Of a stretch of 64,000 nucleotides of DNA, positions 42,983 through 59,905 are shown one piece after another (within the stretch, counting starts at the first letter, position 1; every line of letters begins with the position of its first letter). A model generated the notes under the pieces. It had not been told where the DNA came from. It worked only from the letters and a program-made list of their open reading frames with translations, and made no database searches. A program made the translations under genes and the position numbers. The DNA lies in NCBI RefSeq assembly GCF_009914755.1, contig NC_060948.1; one strand, 5' to 3'. The stretch is from the human T2T-CHM13v2.0 reference genome, Homo sapiens.

Positions 42983-43788
42983 ATCTGTAAATGTTTTTCA
43001 GGAGCTAGAGCCTGTAATGGGGGCCTCATGACTCTACCTTGTGCCCTATCTTACTGTGGCTGACTTGGTATTCAAGACACAAAACAAAGCCCACTTTACT
43101 CTTTGTTCTTCTCTCCTTAAGCAAAAGGAATGAGTCAAGTTCATGGCTGTGAACTCTACTGTCTGAAGTTGTGGAAGGGATGTTCCAAATATACCCTTAG
43201 CTGCACCATTTGGTTTCTCCTAACATCATGTGCCACCCTACTTCATTGGCTCTAAGCCTGGCTTAGAACTAAGAGTTGTTTAAAAATTGTGGTCCTTGTG
43301 TCCTAGACTGCCTTTCAAGTTTACCTAGGATGCCAGAGAACTTTAGCATACAGTGGTGAGGCTTGCTGAGAAACTCAAATTCTGACCACTGGGATGGGTG
43401 ATTCCCCACTGGCTACCGTGTGTGTGCTGGCTGAGCGCAGTGTAACTATATTCTCCACTGTGACAAGGCAGCACTGAGTTCAGTGTAAACTTCCCCATTT
43501 TCTGTACCCTTTCTTCCCAAAGTGCACAGATTCTCTCTCTGTATAGCTCAGCTACTGCCAGTGGATGGAGGAGGGGTGGCATTGGACAGTCAAGACTGTT
43601 TCTCCTCCCCTTTGTAATGCTTTTTTCAGTAATATGAATATGAGTTTAAAACCATTACTTGGATTGCTCACCTGGATTTTGATTCTAATGATGGTGGTTT
43701 TCTGTGTGCAGATCTTTGTTAAAATTAGTGTTCCAATGGGAATGATGAATGACATGGGCTTCTGTTCTGCTATCTTGCTTGAACCACT

Positions 43789-43936
43789 CATCTTTCTGTT
43801 TTGATTTCTGTTTTTTCTTTTTCTTTTCTTTTTTTTTATTTTTGATTCTGGGCAATTTCACAAATCCACCAGCATCTGTGCCACAATGCAGAGGTCACAA
43901 TTTATACCGTCGTAAAAATACAAGATTTTCAAGCAG
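43789..43936 (-). pseudogene. Fossil gene exon B, 5' half (LLENLVFLRRYKL*PLHCGTDAGGFVKLPRIKNKKKEKKKKKQKSKQKD)
   Basis: Acceptor AAACAG|CTG after an 86-nt GT-AG intron; one TGA. Confidence 0.55.
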
Positions 43937-44022
43937 CTGTTTATGTTTCAATATTAATGTATATTTAGAAACAGCTTTTATGATTTAATAAAATGTTAAA
44001 ATTTATTTTATAGCACTGTTAC

Positions 44023-44220
44023 CTAGTTGTGCATACTTCGACATTGCTTTTCTATTTTGGAAATGGTAGCACCTAGATTTAGGTGAAACTGGTTATCATC
44101 ATTGCTAATATTTCTCTTGACTTATGACAATAACAATTACTTTTCAAAAACCCAGTTAAACAACTTTAAAAATCGTATCTTGACAGTTTGAGGTGCATGT
44201 GATGTTATAAATTTCTGGTT
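44023..44220 (-). pseudogene. Fossil gene exon A, 198 nt, phase 0-0 (NQKFITSHAPQTVKIRFLKLFNWVFEK*LLLS*VKRNISNDDNQFHLNLGATISKIEKQCRSMHN*)
   Basis: Donor AG|GTAACA; acceptor GTTTACTTCATGTTAATAAG; three stops; 5' boundary uncertain. Confidence 0.45.
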
Positions 44221-44337
44221 CTTATTAACATGAAGTAAACACACTCTATCTTATCTCCCATAGATCAGATTATAACTAAAATCTCTGGACAAAATACTAA
44301 AAGCAATTATTGAAAATCTTAAAAAATAAGAATAAGG

Positions 44338-44756
<419 letters not shown>

Positions 44757-46327
44757 TCATCTCTCATATTGTCCAGTGCAGACTACCATATCTCCCAAAA
44801 TGACAATAAAGAATGAACAGAAATAGCACAGACTAAAACAGTTTGTCTTTAGTAAGAAAACTATATATGGTGTCCCATGTGAGAATAGTTTTTGTGTTTT
44901 GTTTTATTTTTGTTAACTTCCTAGAACTCCCTCAAGTGAGCCCCAGTAATGAAGGCGAAGCAATAGCGGGGTGGCAGTGGGCATGAAAGCACTAAAGATT
45001 CTATCTTGCTGCTTTTCCCACAAATGTATGTATTTCCAAAAGGGGTATGACAGCTGTGAGAAGAAATATCCTTGGCTTTTTAATCAGACCATCAAGAAAT
45101 CGAATCACTGAAAACTAGATAGTTTGAGGGAAATCATTGAAAAAAAAAAGGTATGAGAGGAATAGATACATTAAATATGTATATAATGTCCTGAACTTGT
45201 CTTTAAGTTGAACATGCATAGAAATAACTGGAATAAACATAGGTAAACTTTGAGAACTAGAGCACAGTATACATGACTTGTTCCAGACTAGCCCCAAAGT
45301 GGGATAAACATAGGACAAATCAGAAGAGCAGCGGAAAAACATTTAACATTAAACAAATATTTAAAACACAACCCACAGAAGGGAGTCAGGACTTCTGGTT
45401 TGAACCTAAACAGTTTGACTACTATATAAAACAACAAAAACAAAAAAAAAATCAACATTTTCCAGAAAATTTTAATAGGACACAGAGTCTCCTAACATAA
45501 TATTTAACATGTCCAAGATACAATTTCAGATTATTTGACATATAAAGAACAACAAAAAAAACCCACTTAACTCCCGTGGGACAAGACAATTATCAGACAC
45601 CAACCTTGATGTTTAGAAATGTAATTGCATTAAATAAAATAAAACAGTGAAGAAAGAGAACCAAATAGAAATTTTAGTGCTAAAAAGTACCCTCAAATTA
45701 CAAGAGAGATGTGATAACAGAATGGCATAACAGAAAATAGACTCAGTGAATTTCCAGAAAGGTCCATAGAAATTATTCTATATGAAAATCAAAAATTAAG
45801 ATAGATTTAAAAATTATGAACAAAGCTTCAGGGGTCAATGTGACAATATAAAAAATCTAGCATTTATATATTTTGAGTTTGATTATTATATAAAGAGAGG
45901 AGCAAGAGACTCTTGTAAAAGAATATTTGAAAATATGTCTGACAATTTCTCAATTTTTCTGAAATGTATACATTTCCAGGTCCAAGAAGCTCAGCAAACC
46001 ATAAGAAGGGTAAATTCACAGGAAACTATGCACAAACACATCATAGTCAAATAAGTTAAAGATTTTAAAAAAATCTTGAAAGGAGCCTAAGAAGCACATT
46101 ACACATGTGCAAAGTACAATTTTATTGACAATTTCTCATCACACACCAGGAAGATGAGAAAACTGTAGACTAACATTTACAGAGTGCTTCAAGAAAAGAG
46201 CTGAAAACAAAGAATTCTATCTTCATAAAACATATTATTCAAGACATGAGATAAAAACATATTCCATGTAAAGAAAAGTCAAAAGAGAGAATCTGTAGCT
46301 ATACTAATATCTGATAAAATATACTCT

Positions 46328-49300
46328 ATTTGTCCATTTCTGCTTTTGTTGCAATTGCTTTTGGCATCTCTGTCATGATATCTTTGTCTGTGCCTATGTC
46401 CTGAATGGTATTGACTAGGTTGTCTTCCAGGGATTGAATAGTTTTGGATTTTTCATTTAAGTCTTTAAGCCACCTTGAGTTAATTTTTGTATATGGTGTA
46501 AAGAAGGGGTCCAGTTTAAATCTTCTGCATGTGGCTTGTCAGAGAATCATTTACTCATTGCTTGTTTTTGTCAGGTTTGTCAAAGATAAGACAGTTGTAA
46601 GTGTGTGGTCATATACCTGGGTCCTCTATTCTGTTCTATTGGTCTATGTGTCTGTTTTTGTACCAGTACTATGCCATTTTGGTTACTGTAGCCCTGTAGT
46701 ATAGTTTGAAGCCATGTAGGATGATGCCTCCAGCTTTGGTCATTTGTTTAGGGTTGTCTTGGCTATAAGGGCTCTTTGTTGTTTTCATACAAATTTTAAA
46801 ATAGTTTTTTTCTAGTTCTGTGAAGAATCTCAATGGTAGTTTAATAGACATAGCATTAAATCTATGAATTGCTTTGGGCAGAATGGCCATTTCAAGGATT
46901 TTGATTCTTCCTTTCCATTAGCACCAAATGTTTTTCCATTTGCTTATGTCCTCTCTGATTTCTTAGAGCAGTGGTGTAGTTCTCTTTGTAGAGATCTTTC
47001 ACCTCCCTGGTCAGCTATATTCCTAGATATTTTATTCTTTTTGTGGCAATTGTGTATGGGAGTTCATTCCTGATTTGGCTCTTGGCTTGCCTGTTGTTAG
47101 TATATAGAAATGCTAGTGAGTTTGCCCATTAATGATAGAATGGATAGAGAAAATGTGGTACATATACATCAAGGAATACTATGCAACCATACAAAATGAG
47201 ATCATGTCCTTTGCATGGACATGGATGGAACTGGAGGCCAGTATCTTTAGCAAACACAGGAAAAGGACAGAAAACCAAATTTCACATGTTCTCACTTGTA
47301 TGTGTGAGTTAAATGATGATAAAACATGAACACACAGAGGGGGACAAACACACTTGGGCCTTTTGGATGGTGAAGGGTGGGAGGTGGGAGAGGATCAGAA
47401 AAAAATAACTAATGGGTACTGATATGGTTTGACTGTGACCCCACCCACATCTCATCTTGAATTGTAGCACCCATAACTCCCATGGGTTGTGAAAGGAGCA
47501 TGGTGGGAGATAATTGAATCATAGGGGCAGGCCTTTCCCATGCTATCCTCATGATGGTGAATAAGTCTTATGAGATCCAATGGTTTCACAAAGGGGATTT
47601 TCCATGCTCAAGTTATCTTCTCTTCTCTGCTGCCATGTGAGATGTGCCTTTCACCCTCTGCAAGGGTTGTGAGGCCCCCACAACCACATAGAACTTTGAG
47701 TCCATTAAATCTGTTTCTTTTGGAAATTGCCCAGTCTCAGGTATGTCATTATCAGCAGCATGAAAACGGACTAATACAGCCAGTATTGGGGTGCTGCTGC
47801 AAAGATACCAGAAGATGTGGAAGCAAATTTGTAACTAAGTAACTGGGAGATGTTGGAACAGTTTGGAGGGCTTAAAAGAAGATAGAAAAACGTGGAAAAG
47901 TTTGGAACTTCCCAGAGGCTTGTTGAATGACTTTGACAAAATGTTGATAATGACATAGACAATGAAATCCAGGCTGAGGTGGTCTCAGATGGAAATGAAG
48001 AAATTGTTGGAAACTAGAGCAAAGGTGATTCTTGTTATATTTTAGCAAAGAGACTGGTGGCATTTTGCCCCTGCCCTAGAGATTTGTGGAACTTTGAACT
48101 TGAGAGAGATAATTTAGGCTATCTGGTGGAAGAAATTTCTAAACAGCAAAGCATTCAAGAGGTGACTTGGGTGCTGTTAAAGGCATTCAGTTTTATAAGA
48201 GAGGCAGAGCATAAAAGTTTGAAAAATTTGCAGCCTGACAATGTGATAGAAAATTCAATTTTCTGAGGAGTAATTCAAGACAGCTGAAGAAACTTGCATA
48301 AGTAAGGAGGAGCTGAATGTTAATCCCCAAGACAATGTCACTAGGACATGTCAGCGGTCTTCATGGAAGCCCCTCCCATCACAAGCTTGGAGGCCTAGGA
48401 GGAAAAAAATGGTTTTGTGGGCCTGGCCCAGGATCCCTGTACAAGCCTAGGGTCTTGGTGCCCTGTGTCTCAGCTGCTCCAGCCAAAAGGGTCCAACATA
48501 GAGCTCAGGCTGTGGCTTGAGAGGATTCAAGCCCCAAGCCTTGGCAGCTTCCACATGATATTGAGCTTGCAAGTGCACAGAAGTCTGGAAATGGGGTTTG
48601 GGAACGTCTGCCTAGATTTCAGAGGATGGATGGAAATGCCTGGGTGTCCAGGCAGAAGTTTGCTGCAGAGGTGGGGCCCTCATGGAGAATCTCTGCTAGG
48701 GCAGTGCAGAAGGGAAATAGGGGGCTGGAGCCACTACACAAAATCCCCACTGGGACACTGCCTAGTGGAGCTGTGAAAAGAGGCCCACCATCTTCCAGAA
48801 CCCCAAATGGTAGATCCATAGACAGCTTACACCATGCACCTGGAAAAGCTGCAGACAGTCAACACCAGCCCTTGAAAGCAGCTTGGAGGGAAGCTGTACC
48901 CTGCAAAGCCACAGGGGCAGAGCTGCCTAAGATCATGGAACCGATCTCTTGCATCAGCATGAACCAGATGTGAGACATGGAGAGAAAGCAGATCATTTTG
49001 GAACTTTAAAATTTGACAGCGATTTTGGACTTGCATGGGGCCTGTAGCTCCTTTGTTTTGGCCAATTTTTCTCATTTGAAACAGGTGAATTTCACCAAAG
49101 CCTGTACCCCCATTGTATTTAGGAAGTAACTAACTTGCCTTCGATTATACAGGCTCATAGGTGGAAGAGACTTGCCTTATCTTCGATGAGACTTTGGATT
49201 GTGGAATTCTGAGTTCATGCTGAAATGAATTAAGGCCTTGGGGACTGTTGGGAACGCATTAATGGTTTTGAGATCTAAGGACATGAGATTTCGGAGGGCC

Positions 49301-49800
49301 CAGGGGTGGAATAATATGGTTTGGCTGTGTTGCTGCCCAAATCTCATCTTGAATTATAGCTCCCATAATTCTCACATATTGTGGGAGGGACCCAGTGGGA
49401 GATAATTGAATCATGGGGCCAGGTCTTTACCATGCTATTCTCATGATAGTGAATGAGTCTAATGAGATCTGATGGTTTTATAAAGGGGAGTTTTGCTACA
49501 CAAGTTCTCTTCTCTTGTTTGCCACCATGTGAAATATGCCTTTCACCTTCCACCATAATTGTGTGGCCTCCCCAGCCACGTGGAACTGTTAGTCTATTAA
49601 ACCTCTTTATTTTGTATATTGCCCAGTCTTTACATATGTCTTTATCGGCAGCCAGAAAATGGACTCATACAGGCACCAGGCTTAATAACTGGGTGATGAA
49701 ATAATCTGTACAATAAATTCTCATGGTACAAATTTACTTATGTAACAAACCTGCACATGTACCCCTAAACTATAATAAAAGTTCAAAATAAAGCAAGAAA
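46328..49800. mobile_element. 5'-inverted L1PA15/16-like element (minus part 46328-47123, plus part from 47124)
   Basis: Strand switch at ~47124; 3' end ctgggtgatgaaataatctgtacaa...ataaaagtt. Confidence 0.75.
47420..49671 (+). mobile_element. Full-length THE1A-like provirus (LTRs 47420-47778 and 49312-49671)
   Basis: Two LTRs plus internal sequence; 5-bp TSD ggtac/ggcac. Confidence 0.9.
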
Positions 49801-52144
49801 TAATAGACTTTAAGTTAAAAACTATCAGGCAAATGAAAGGTCACTACATACTAATATGAGGTTGAATTCATCAAGAAGATATAATAATAATATATATGCA
49901 TGGAAAAATATAAAATCTAAATATATAAAGCAAATATTAATAGATCTGAATAGAAAGATAGACTACAATACAAAAATAGAGGATTTCAATACTACCCTTT
50001 CAACAATAGACAGAGTAGAGAGAAAATCAAAAAGGAAATACTGGATTTGAACTACACTTTAAACCAAATGGACCTAACAAACATATATATAGCATTTCAT
50101 TCATCAGTAGCAGAATGTACAGTTTTTCAAGTGCATACAGAACACTTGCAGGGTAGATCATAAATAAAGCCACAAAAAATCTTTAAAACTTTAATAAGAT
50201 TGAGATCATATCAAGTATATTTCTGATCACAATGATTTAAAACTAGAAATTAATAATAAAAGGAATTTTAGAAAATTTACAAATATATGAAAAATACACA
50301 TGTATGTAAATAAACAATGGCTTAAAGAAGAAATTAAAAGGAAAGTTTAAAAATATTTTGAGGCAAGTGAAAATTAAAATACAACATACCAAAACACATC
50401 AAATGCATCAAAAGCAGCTCTATGAGGGAAGTTTAAAACAATAAACATTTATATCAAAAAAGAAGAAAGACAGCAAATACACAGCCTAGTGTTATTCTGT
50501 AAGAAACTAGAAAAAAAAAAAAAAACAACTAGCCCAAAGTTGGTAGAAGAAAGAAAATAGTAAAGATAAGAGCAGTAATAAACAAAATGGAGAATGTAAA
50601 AATAATAAGAAAGATGAGCAAAGCTGAATTGATTTTATGAAAAGATAAACAAAGTGGACAAACTTTTAGCTAGACTAGCTAAGAATAAAAGAGAGAAGTC
50701 TTAAACAAATACAATAAGAAATGAAAAAGAAAACATTACAAGCATTGCCACAGAAATACAAAGTATCATGAGACTACTATGAACAAATATACACCAACAC
50801 GTTGAGTAATGTAGAAGAAATGGATAAATTCCTATAAACATACAACCTACCAAGACTAAATCAACTTCATAGCAAGAAAACAATATGATTTTTATTTTTT
50901 ATGTGCAAAGGATGTAAATTGAATTGGCATTTCTCGAAAGAAGAATTGCAAATGGCCAAGAGATATTTGAGAAAAATGATCAGCATCACTAATTATTATG
51001 GAAGTGCAAATAAAAGTCACAATGTGTTACCACCTCACATCTGACAGAATGGCTATTATCCAAAAGACAAAAGACAACAAATGATGGCAATGATGCAAAG
51101 AAAAGGAAACCCTTGAAAACTGTTAGTAGGAATGTAAATTTGTATAGCCAATGTGGAAAACAGTATAAACATTTCTCAAAATGTTAAAAGTAGAACTAAC
51201 ATGATCCAGCAATTCATTGTCTAAGCAGATATCCAAGGAAATAGTAACACTTTCTCAAAGAGATCCATGTTTATTACATCATTATTCACAACAGTCAAGG
51301 TGTGGAATCAACCTAATAAACATAACATGGTGTATAAGCACAATGGAATACTGTTCAGCCTTTTGGAAGAAGAAAATCTTGTCATTTGTGAAAATATGTA
51401 TGAATCTGTCAAACATTATGTTAAGTGAAATAAGCCAGTCACAGAAAGAAAAAGATCATGTTATCTGACTTATATGTGGAATTTAAAATATCAAACTCTT
51501 AGAAACAGAGAGTAAAATGGTAGTTAGAAGAAGCTGTAGGGAGCGTTGAGGATTGGGGAGATGTTTGTCAAAGGACATAACATTTCAATTAGGAGAAATA
51601 AGTTTGAGACTGATTGTACATAATGGTGACTATAGTTAATAACAATATAACATATACTTGGAAATTGCTTAGAGAGTAGATTTTGTGCTGTCGCCTTCCT
51701 AAAATGATAGGTAGATGAGGTGTTTCCTCTGATACCTGGATTTTGCCTTTCCACAATGTATACGTATATCAAAACATTATTTTGTAAACCACAAATATAT
51801 ACAATTTTATTTTTCAACTAAAAGTAAACAAAAATATCCATTAAGAGTAAAGGCAAAATAAAGACATTCTTAAATGAGGGAAAACTAAGAGAATTTGTTG
51901 CCATTAGATCTGTTTAAAAGAAATTCTAGTGAAAGTCCTTCATGCAGAAAAAGAATAACAGAAGAAAAACAAAAATTTAAGAACGAGGAAATATAAACAA
52001 CATTGGTAAATATAATGTACTATTTTAGATCACTTGAGTTCTTTAAATTATGTTGGACAATTTAAAGAAAAAAGATATTATTTTACTGGTATGATTTTGA
52101 GCTTATCAATGTATGTAGATATGATAAATATGACAAAAATGAAC

Positions 52145-53226
52145 ATGAATTCTGCAAAAATTGAAGCAAGAATAAACATCAAATTTGTGGTGAAGTTTGA
52201 GTGAAAAAATGATGACATTCATGCTTTACAAAAAATTTATGGGGACAATGCCTCAAAGAAACCAGCAGTTTATGATGAATAACTCATTTTCAGAAGGGAT
52301 AAAAAAAGTTGAAGGTGAAGGCCTCAGCAGCAGACTATCCACATCAATTTCCAAAAAACAAATTCATCTTGTTCACACCCTATTTGGAGAGGACCCACAA
52401 TTAACAGGTGCAATAATAGCCAAAATCATGCACATAGCCATTAGTTCAGCTTACACAATTCTGGATGAAAAGTTGATGTTGAGCAAATTTGTCACTTGAT
52501 GGGTGCCAAAACCATTGCACCCAGGTCATCTGCAGATAAGAGCAGAGTTTTCATTGGAAATGTCAAACAATGGGATGAAGATGCTGAAACATGTATTCAA
52601 GGACTTGTAACAGGAGATAATACATGGCTTTACCAGTATGATCCCGAAGACGAAAGCAATGGCTATCAAGAGGTAGAAGTGTTTCAGTCAAAGCAAAAGT
52701 GGACAGATCGAGAAAAGGTAATGGCAACAGATTTTTCAGATGGTCAAGGCATTTTGCTTGTTAACTTTCTGGAGGGTCAAAGAATGATAACATTCGCTTA
52801 TTATGAGAGTGATTTGAGAAAGGTAGCCAAATGTTTAGGAGAAAACCACTGGGGAAAGCTTTACCAGAGAGTTCTCTGTCACAATTCCCATGCTTATTCT
52901 CATCAAATAAGGAATCCTTTACGAGAGTTTCAATGGAAAATTATTAGGCATCCATCATACAGTCTTGATTTGGCACCATCTGACTTATTTTTGTTTCCTA
53001 ATCTTAAAAAACTGTAAAGGGCACACATTTTCTCAGTTAATTATGTAAAGAAAAGCTGCATTGACATGGCTAAATTCCCAGGACCTTTAAGGCAGAATGA
53101 ATCGACCCAAATCATTGTTTACAAAACTGTTTGGAACTTGATGAAGCTTATATTGAGAAATAAAATTTATACTCTATATTTTTATTTTAAAATATCATTT
53201 TCCATGATCTTTTTGAAGTCCCCTTT
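52145..53226 (+). mobile_element. HSMAR2 mariner; transposase pseudogene plus right TIR
   Basis: MNSAKIEARINIKF start; VTGDNTWLYQYDPED; IIRHPSYSLDLAPSDLFLFP; TIR ttttccatgatctttttgaagtcccc. Confidence 0.92.
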
Positions 53227-54111
53227 TGTGCATTTATACATGTATAAATAAATATATGTATATTTGAAGCCTGGAGCAACTGCTAAAGAAAATATGCAAA
53301 TAAATAGAGTTGCAAAGCCAGTATAAAAATAATACAAATAATCTAAAGATGGAGATACAGAATATGCAAAAATAAAACAAATGATGAAATAATAGGCCTA
53401 AGTACAAACATATAAGTAATTACCTAAAATGTAAATGACCTAAGCACACCATTTAAAAGACAAAGATTGTGAGGATTAAAAAACAAAACAAGACTAACGA
53501 TGTGCTGCCTGCAAGAAACCCACATAAACTACAGTTATTAAAAGGATGAAAAGTGGTATGTCATGCAAACACTAATTAAAAGCAACAACCTTGGGATGAG
53601 GTATGTTATATAAAAATAAAATTATTTACTCATCAAGGAGGCATATCAGTCCTAAATACACTTTCACCTAACAAGAGAACATCAGAATCCATGAAATAAA
53701 AGCAAACAAAATTAAAGGAAAACTAGACACATCCACAATTATACTTAGAAATTTTAACAACCACTTCTTAGTTATCAGTAATAACAGCAGATAGAAAATC
53801 AGCAAGAGTATAGAATACCTCAACAACACTATCAGTCAACATAACATAATTGATATTATAGAGCAGACTACTTAACAACAGAAAATCCTCTTTACAAGTG
53901 CACATAGAACATATGCAAAGATGTATCATATTCTGAGTCACATAACAAAACTTATAAATTTTATAATAATTAAAGTCACAAATAGTATGTTCCCTGAACA
54001 CAGTGGAGTTAAGTCAGAGATTTAGAAAGTTATTTGGAAAATACCCACATATTTGTAAATTAAAAACAATTGCACTTCTAAATTAAATAACACATTGATC
54101 AAAAAGGAAGT

Positions 54112-54271
54112 ATTTTAATGAGTACAGGATTTTATTTTGGAATGATGTCAATGCTTTGAAACAAAATAAAGTAAGTAATTACACACCATTGGAGTATTAC
54201 TAAATGTAATTGATTTTGGCACTTTAAAATTGTTAATGGGTTTTTACTTCAATTTTTTAAAGTTTAATTTT
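54112..54271 (+). mobile_element. Short L1MB 3'-end insertion
   Basis: tttaatgagtacaggattt...ctttaaaattgttaa; TSD aaaggaagt at 54103-111 and 54272-280. Confidence 0.7.
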
Positions 54272-54500
54272 AAAGGAAGTGAAAATATTAGAAGCCATTT
54301 TTAATAAATTAAAATAAAAATTAAATTACAATTATTTGACAATATTAGAAAATAATAAAGTTCTCAAATCAATAATTTAAAATTTATGTCTTAACAAACT
54401 AGAAAAGAGAGAATAAACTGATCCAAACTAAGAAGAAGAAAGAATATAATATAGGTAAAAGTAGAATTCAATCCAAAAGTTATTTCTTTAAAAAGATCCA

Positions 54501-54793
54501 GGCCGGGTGCGGTGGCTCACACCTGTAATCCCAACACTTTGGGAGGCTGAGAAGGGTGGATCACGAGGTTAGGAGATTGAGACCTTCCTGGCCAACATGG
54601 TGAAACCCCGTCTCTACTAAAAATACAAAAATTAGCTGGGTGTGGTGGCACGTGCCTGTATTCCCAGCTACTCGGGAGGCTGAGGCAGGAGAATCGCTTG
54701 AACCTGGGAGGCAGAGATCACACTAAGCTGAGATAGTGCCACTGCACTTCAGCCTGGAGACAGAGTGAGACTCCATCTAAAAAAAAAAAAAAA
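54501..54793 (+). mobile_element. AluSc/Sg-like
   Basis: Full dimer; TSD aaaagatcca / aaaaaatcca. Confidence 0.9.
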
Positions 54794-54849
54794 ATCCATA
54801 AAATAGAAAATATTAAGACTAACCAAGAAAAAAATATACTGTAAGAAAC

Positions 54850-55105
54850 TAGGCCCTGTATTAATAAATATAAATATAGACGCACACACACACACACACA
54901 CATATATATTTATATATATATTAGTTAAGTGTGGTAATTGACACCTATAGTCTCATCTACTTGGAAGGCTTGGGCAGGAGAATCACTTGAGCCTAGGAGT
55001 TCAAGATGCAGTGAGCTATGACTGCACTCCTGCACGCCAGGGTGGGTTACAAAGAAAGACCTCATATCTAAAAAAAAAAAAAAAAAGAAAAAGAAAGAAA
55101 GAAAG
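54850..55105 (+). mobile_element. AluJ/FRAM right monomer preceded by (CA)n(TA)n
   Basis: gagaatcacttgagcctaggagttcaagatgcagtgagctatga; A-tail. Confidence 0.75.
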
Positions 55106-56907
55106 AATGAAAGAGGGAATATCACAACAGGCAACAGACCTTACATACATAAAAAGAATAAGAAATTATATGAAAAACTTGTAAACAAATTTTAAAACTT
55201 TTATGAAAAGGAGACTTTTCTTGAAATGCACAAACCATCAAAGCTCATGCAAGGAGAAGTAGATAAATCTGATAGTTGTGAAACTATTTTAAAAGTTAAA
55301 TTTATATTTAGAAACCTTCCAGAACATTTAACTGCAGACCCAGATGGCTTCACTGACAAATTTTACCCACTCTTTAAGGAAGAAATAGCATGTATTCTGC
55401 ATAGTTTCTTTCAGCAAACAAGAGAGGGAACCCTTTCCAACTCATTTAAGAGAAAAAAAAGATACCATTTTTGCATATCCAGATTAAAAAATTACAATTT
55501 AAATAATACAAATGAATAAACCTCATAAACATAGGTGCAAAAATCTTCAAAAAATAGGAAATCAAATTTAGCAAAATATAAAGAAAATGACACACCAAGT
55601 CAAAGTGGGATTTATCTTAGGAATATAAGTCTAGTTCAATATTTGAGAATAAATCAATGCAATACACAATATCAACAAACTAAATATAAAAATTATATAA
55701 TTATGTCAAATGATGTAGAAAAGGACATTTTAAAAAATTCAACATCTATTCATGCTAAAAATGCCACAAGCCAGGAATACAAGAATACTTATTTAACGTC
55801 ATTAAGGGCATTTACAAAAATTGTGCGTCATACTTTATGTGGGAGGCTGAATGTTTTCTTGCTAAGATTCAGAACAAGGCAAAGTACTCCACTCCCATAA
55901 TTTCTATTCAACCGAGTCCTGGAAGCCCTAGGCAGTGCAATAAAACACAAAAGAGAAGTGAAAGGCTTACATCTTGGAAAAAAAGAAGTAAAATTGTTCC
56001 TAATCAGCTCCTAAAACTAACAGGTGCATTTAGAAAGAACACAAAATACAAGCTGAATGCGTAAAAATCAATCTTATTTCTATGTAATAGAAACAAAAAT
56101 TAGATATCCTAATCTAAAACACAGTATCATTTATGATTATGCCATGAAGTACTTTGGTATAAATATAAAAAAAGTGATTAATCTGTATTTATAAAACCAT
56201 GAAATAAGTCAACTAGTACCTAAATAAATAGATCTATATTCATGGAAGAAATACTCAATATAGTTAAGGTGTTGAATCCTCCGAAATTGATCTATAAATT
56301 TACTAAAATCTCACAATTCTAGTGAAAGTTATTTTTAGATATAGAGAAACTGAATTTAAAACTTCAATGGATAGGCAAAGGAACTAGAATAGAATTGGAA
56401 AGAAAAGCAAATTGGAAAAACTAGTAAAAAGTTGGAAGACTCATAGTACCTGATTTAAGACATACCATTAAGCTACAGTAATCAAGATTGTGTTGTTTTG
56501 TAAAAAGATAGAAATGTGGATCAATAAGACAGGACAGAGAGTCAAGTAATAGGCCCACAAAAATATACTCGATTGGGTTTGACAAAGATGCAAAGGCAGC
56601 TTGATAAAACAAGAGAATTATTTGAAAACAATTTCTAGAATAATTGGACATCCATATGAAGAATATATTTAGACACATACCTTATACCTCATAAAAAGTA
56701 TCTAAAAATTGATTGCAGACTTAAAATCATAAAACTGTAAAAGTCATAGGATAAAACATAGAGAATATATTCTTATACTTGAGATAGAAAAATAGTTCTT
56801 AGATGTGACATAAACAAATACAATTTATAAAACTAAACAATGGATGATTTGGACCTCATCAAAATGTAAAAGTTTTTCTCTGCAAAAGACATTGTTAAGA
56901 GAATTAC

Positions 56908-59905
<2,998 letters not shown>

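Larger units (their letters stand above)
33978..43788 (-). mobile_element. L1MA2-like LINE (internally deleted) with nested LTR5, Alu and THE1C
   Basis: L1MA2-like 3' UTR; ORF1 peptide (LEDIVNSLQSANLRV); 5' end ttctgctatcttgctt; TSD catcattcttttt (33965-77) / catctttctgttt (43789-801). Confidence 0.85.
46245..51830 (+). mobile_element. L1MA-type ORF2 and 3' UTR, split by the L1PA/THE1A block
   Basis: gtagctatactaatatctgataaaat continues as taatagactttaag at ~49801; L1MA 3' end at ~51820. Confidence 0.75.
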
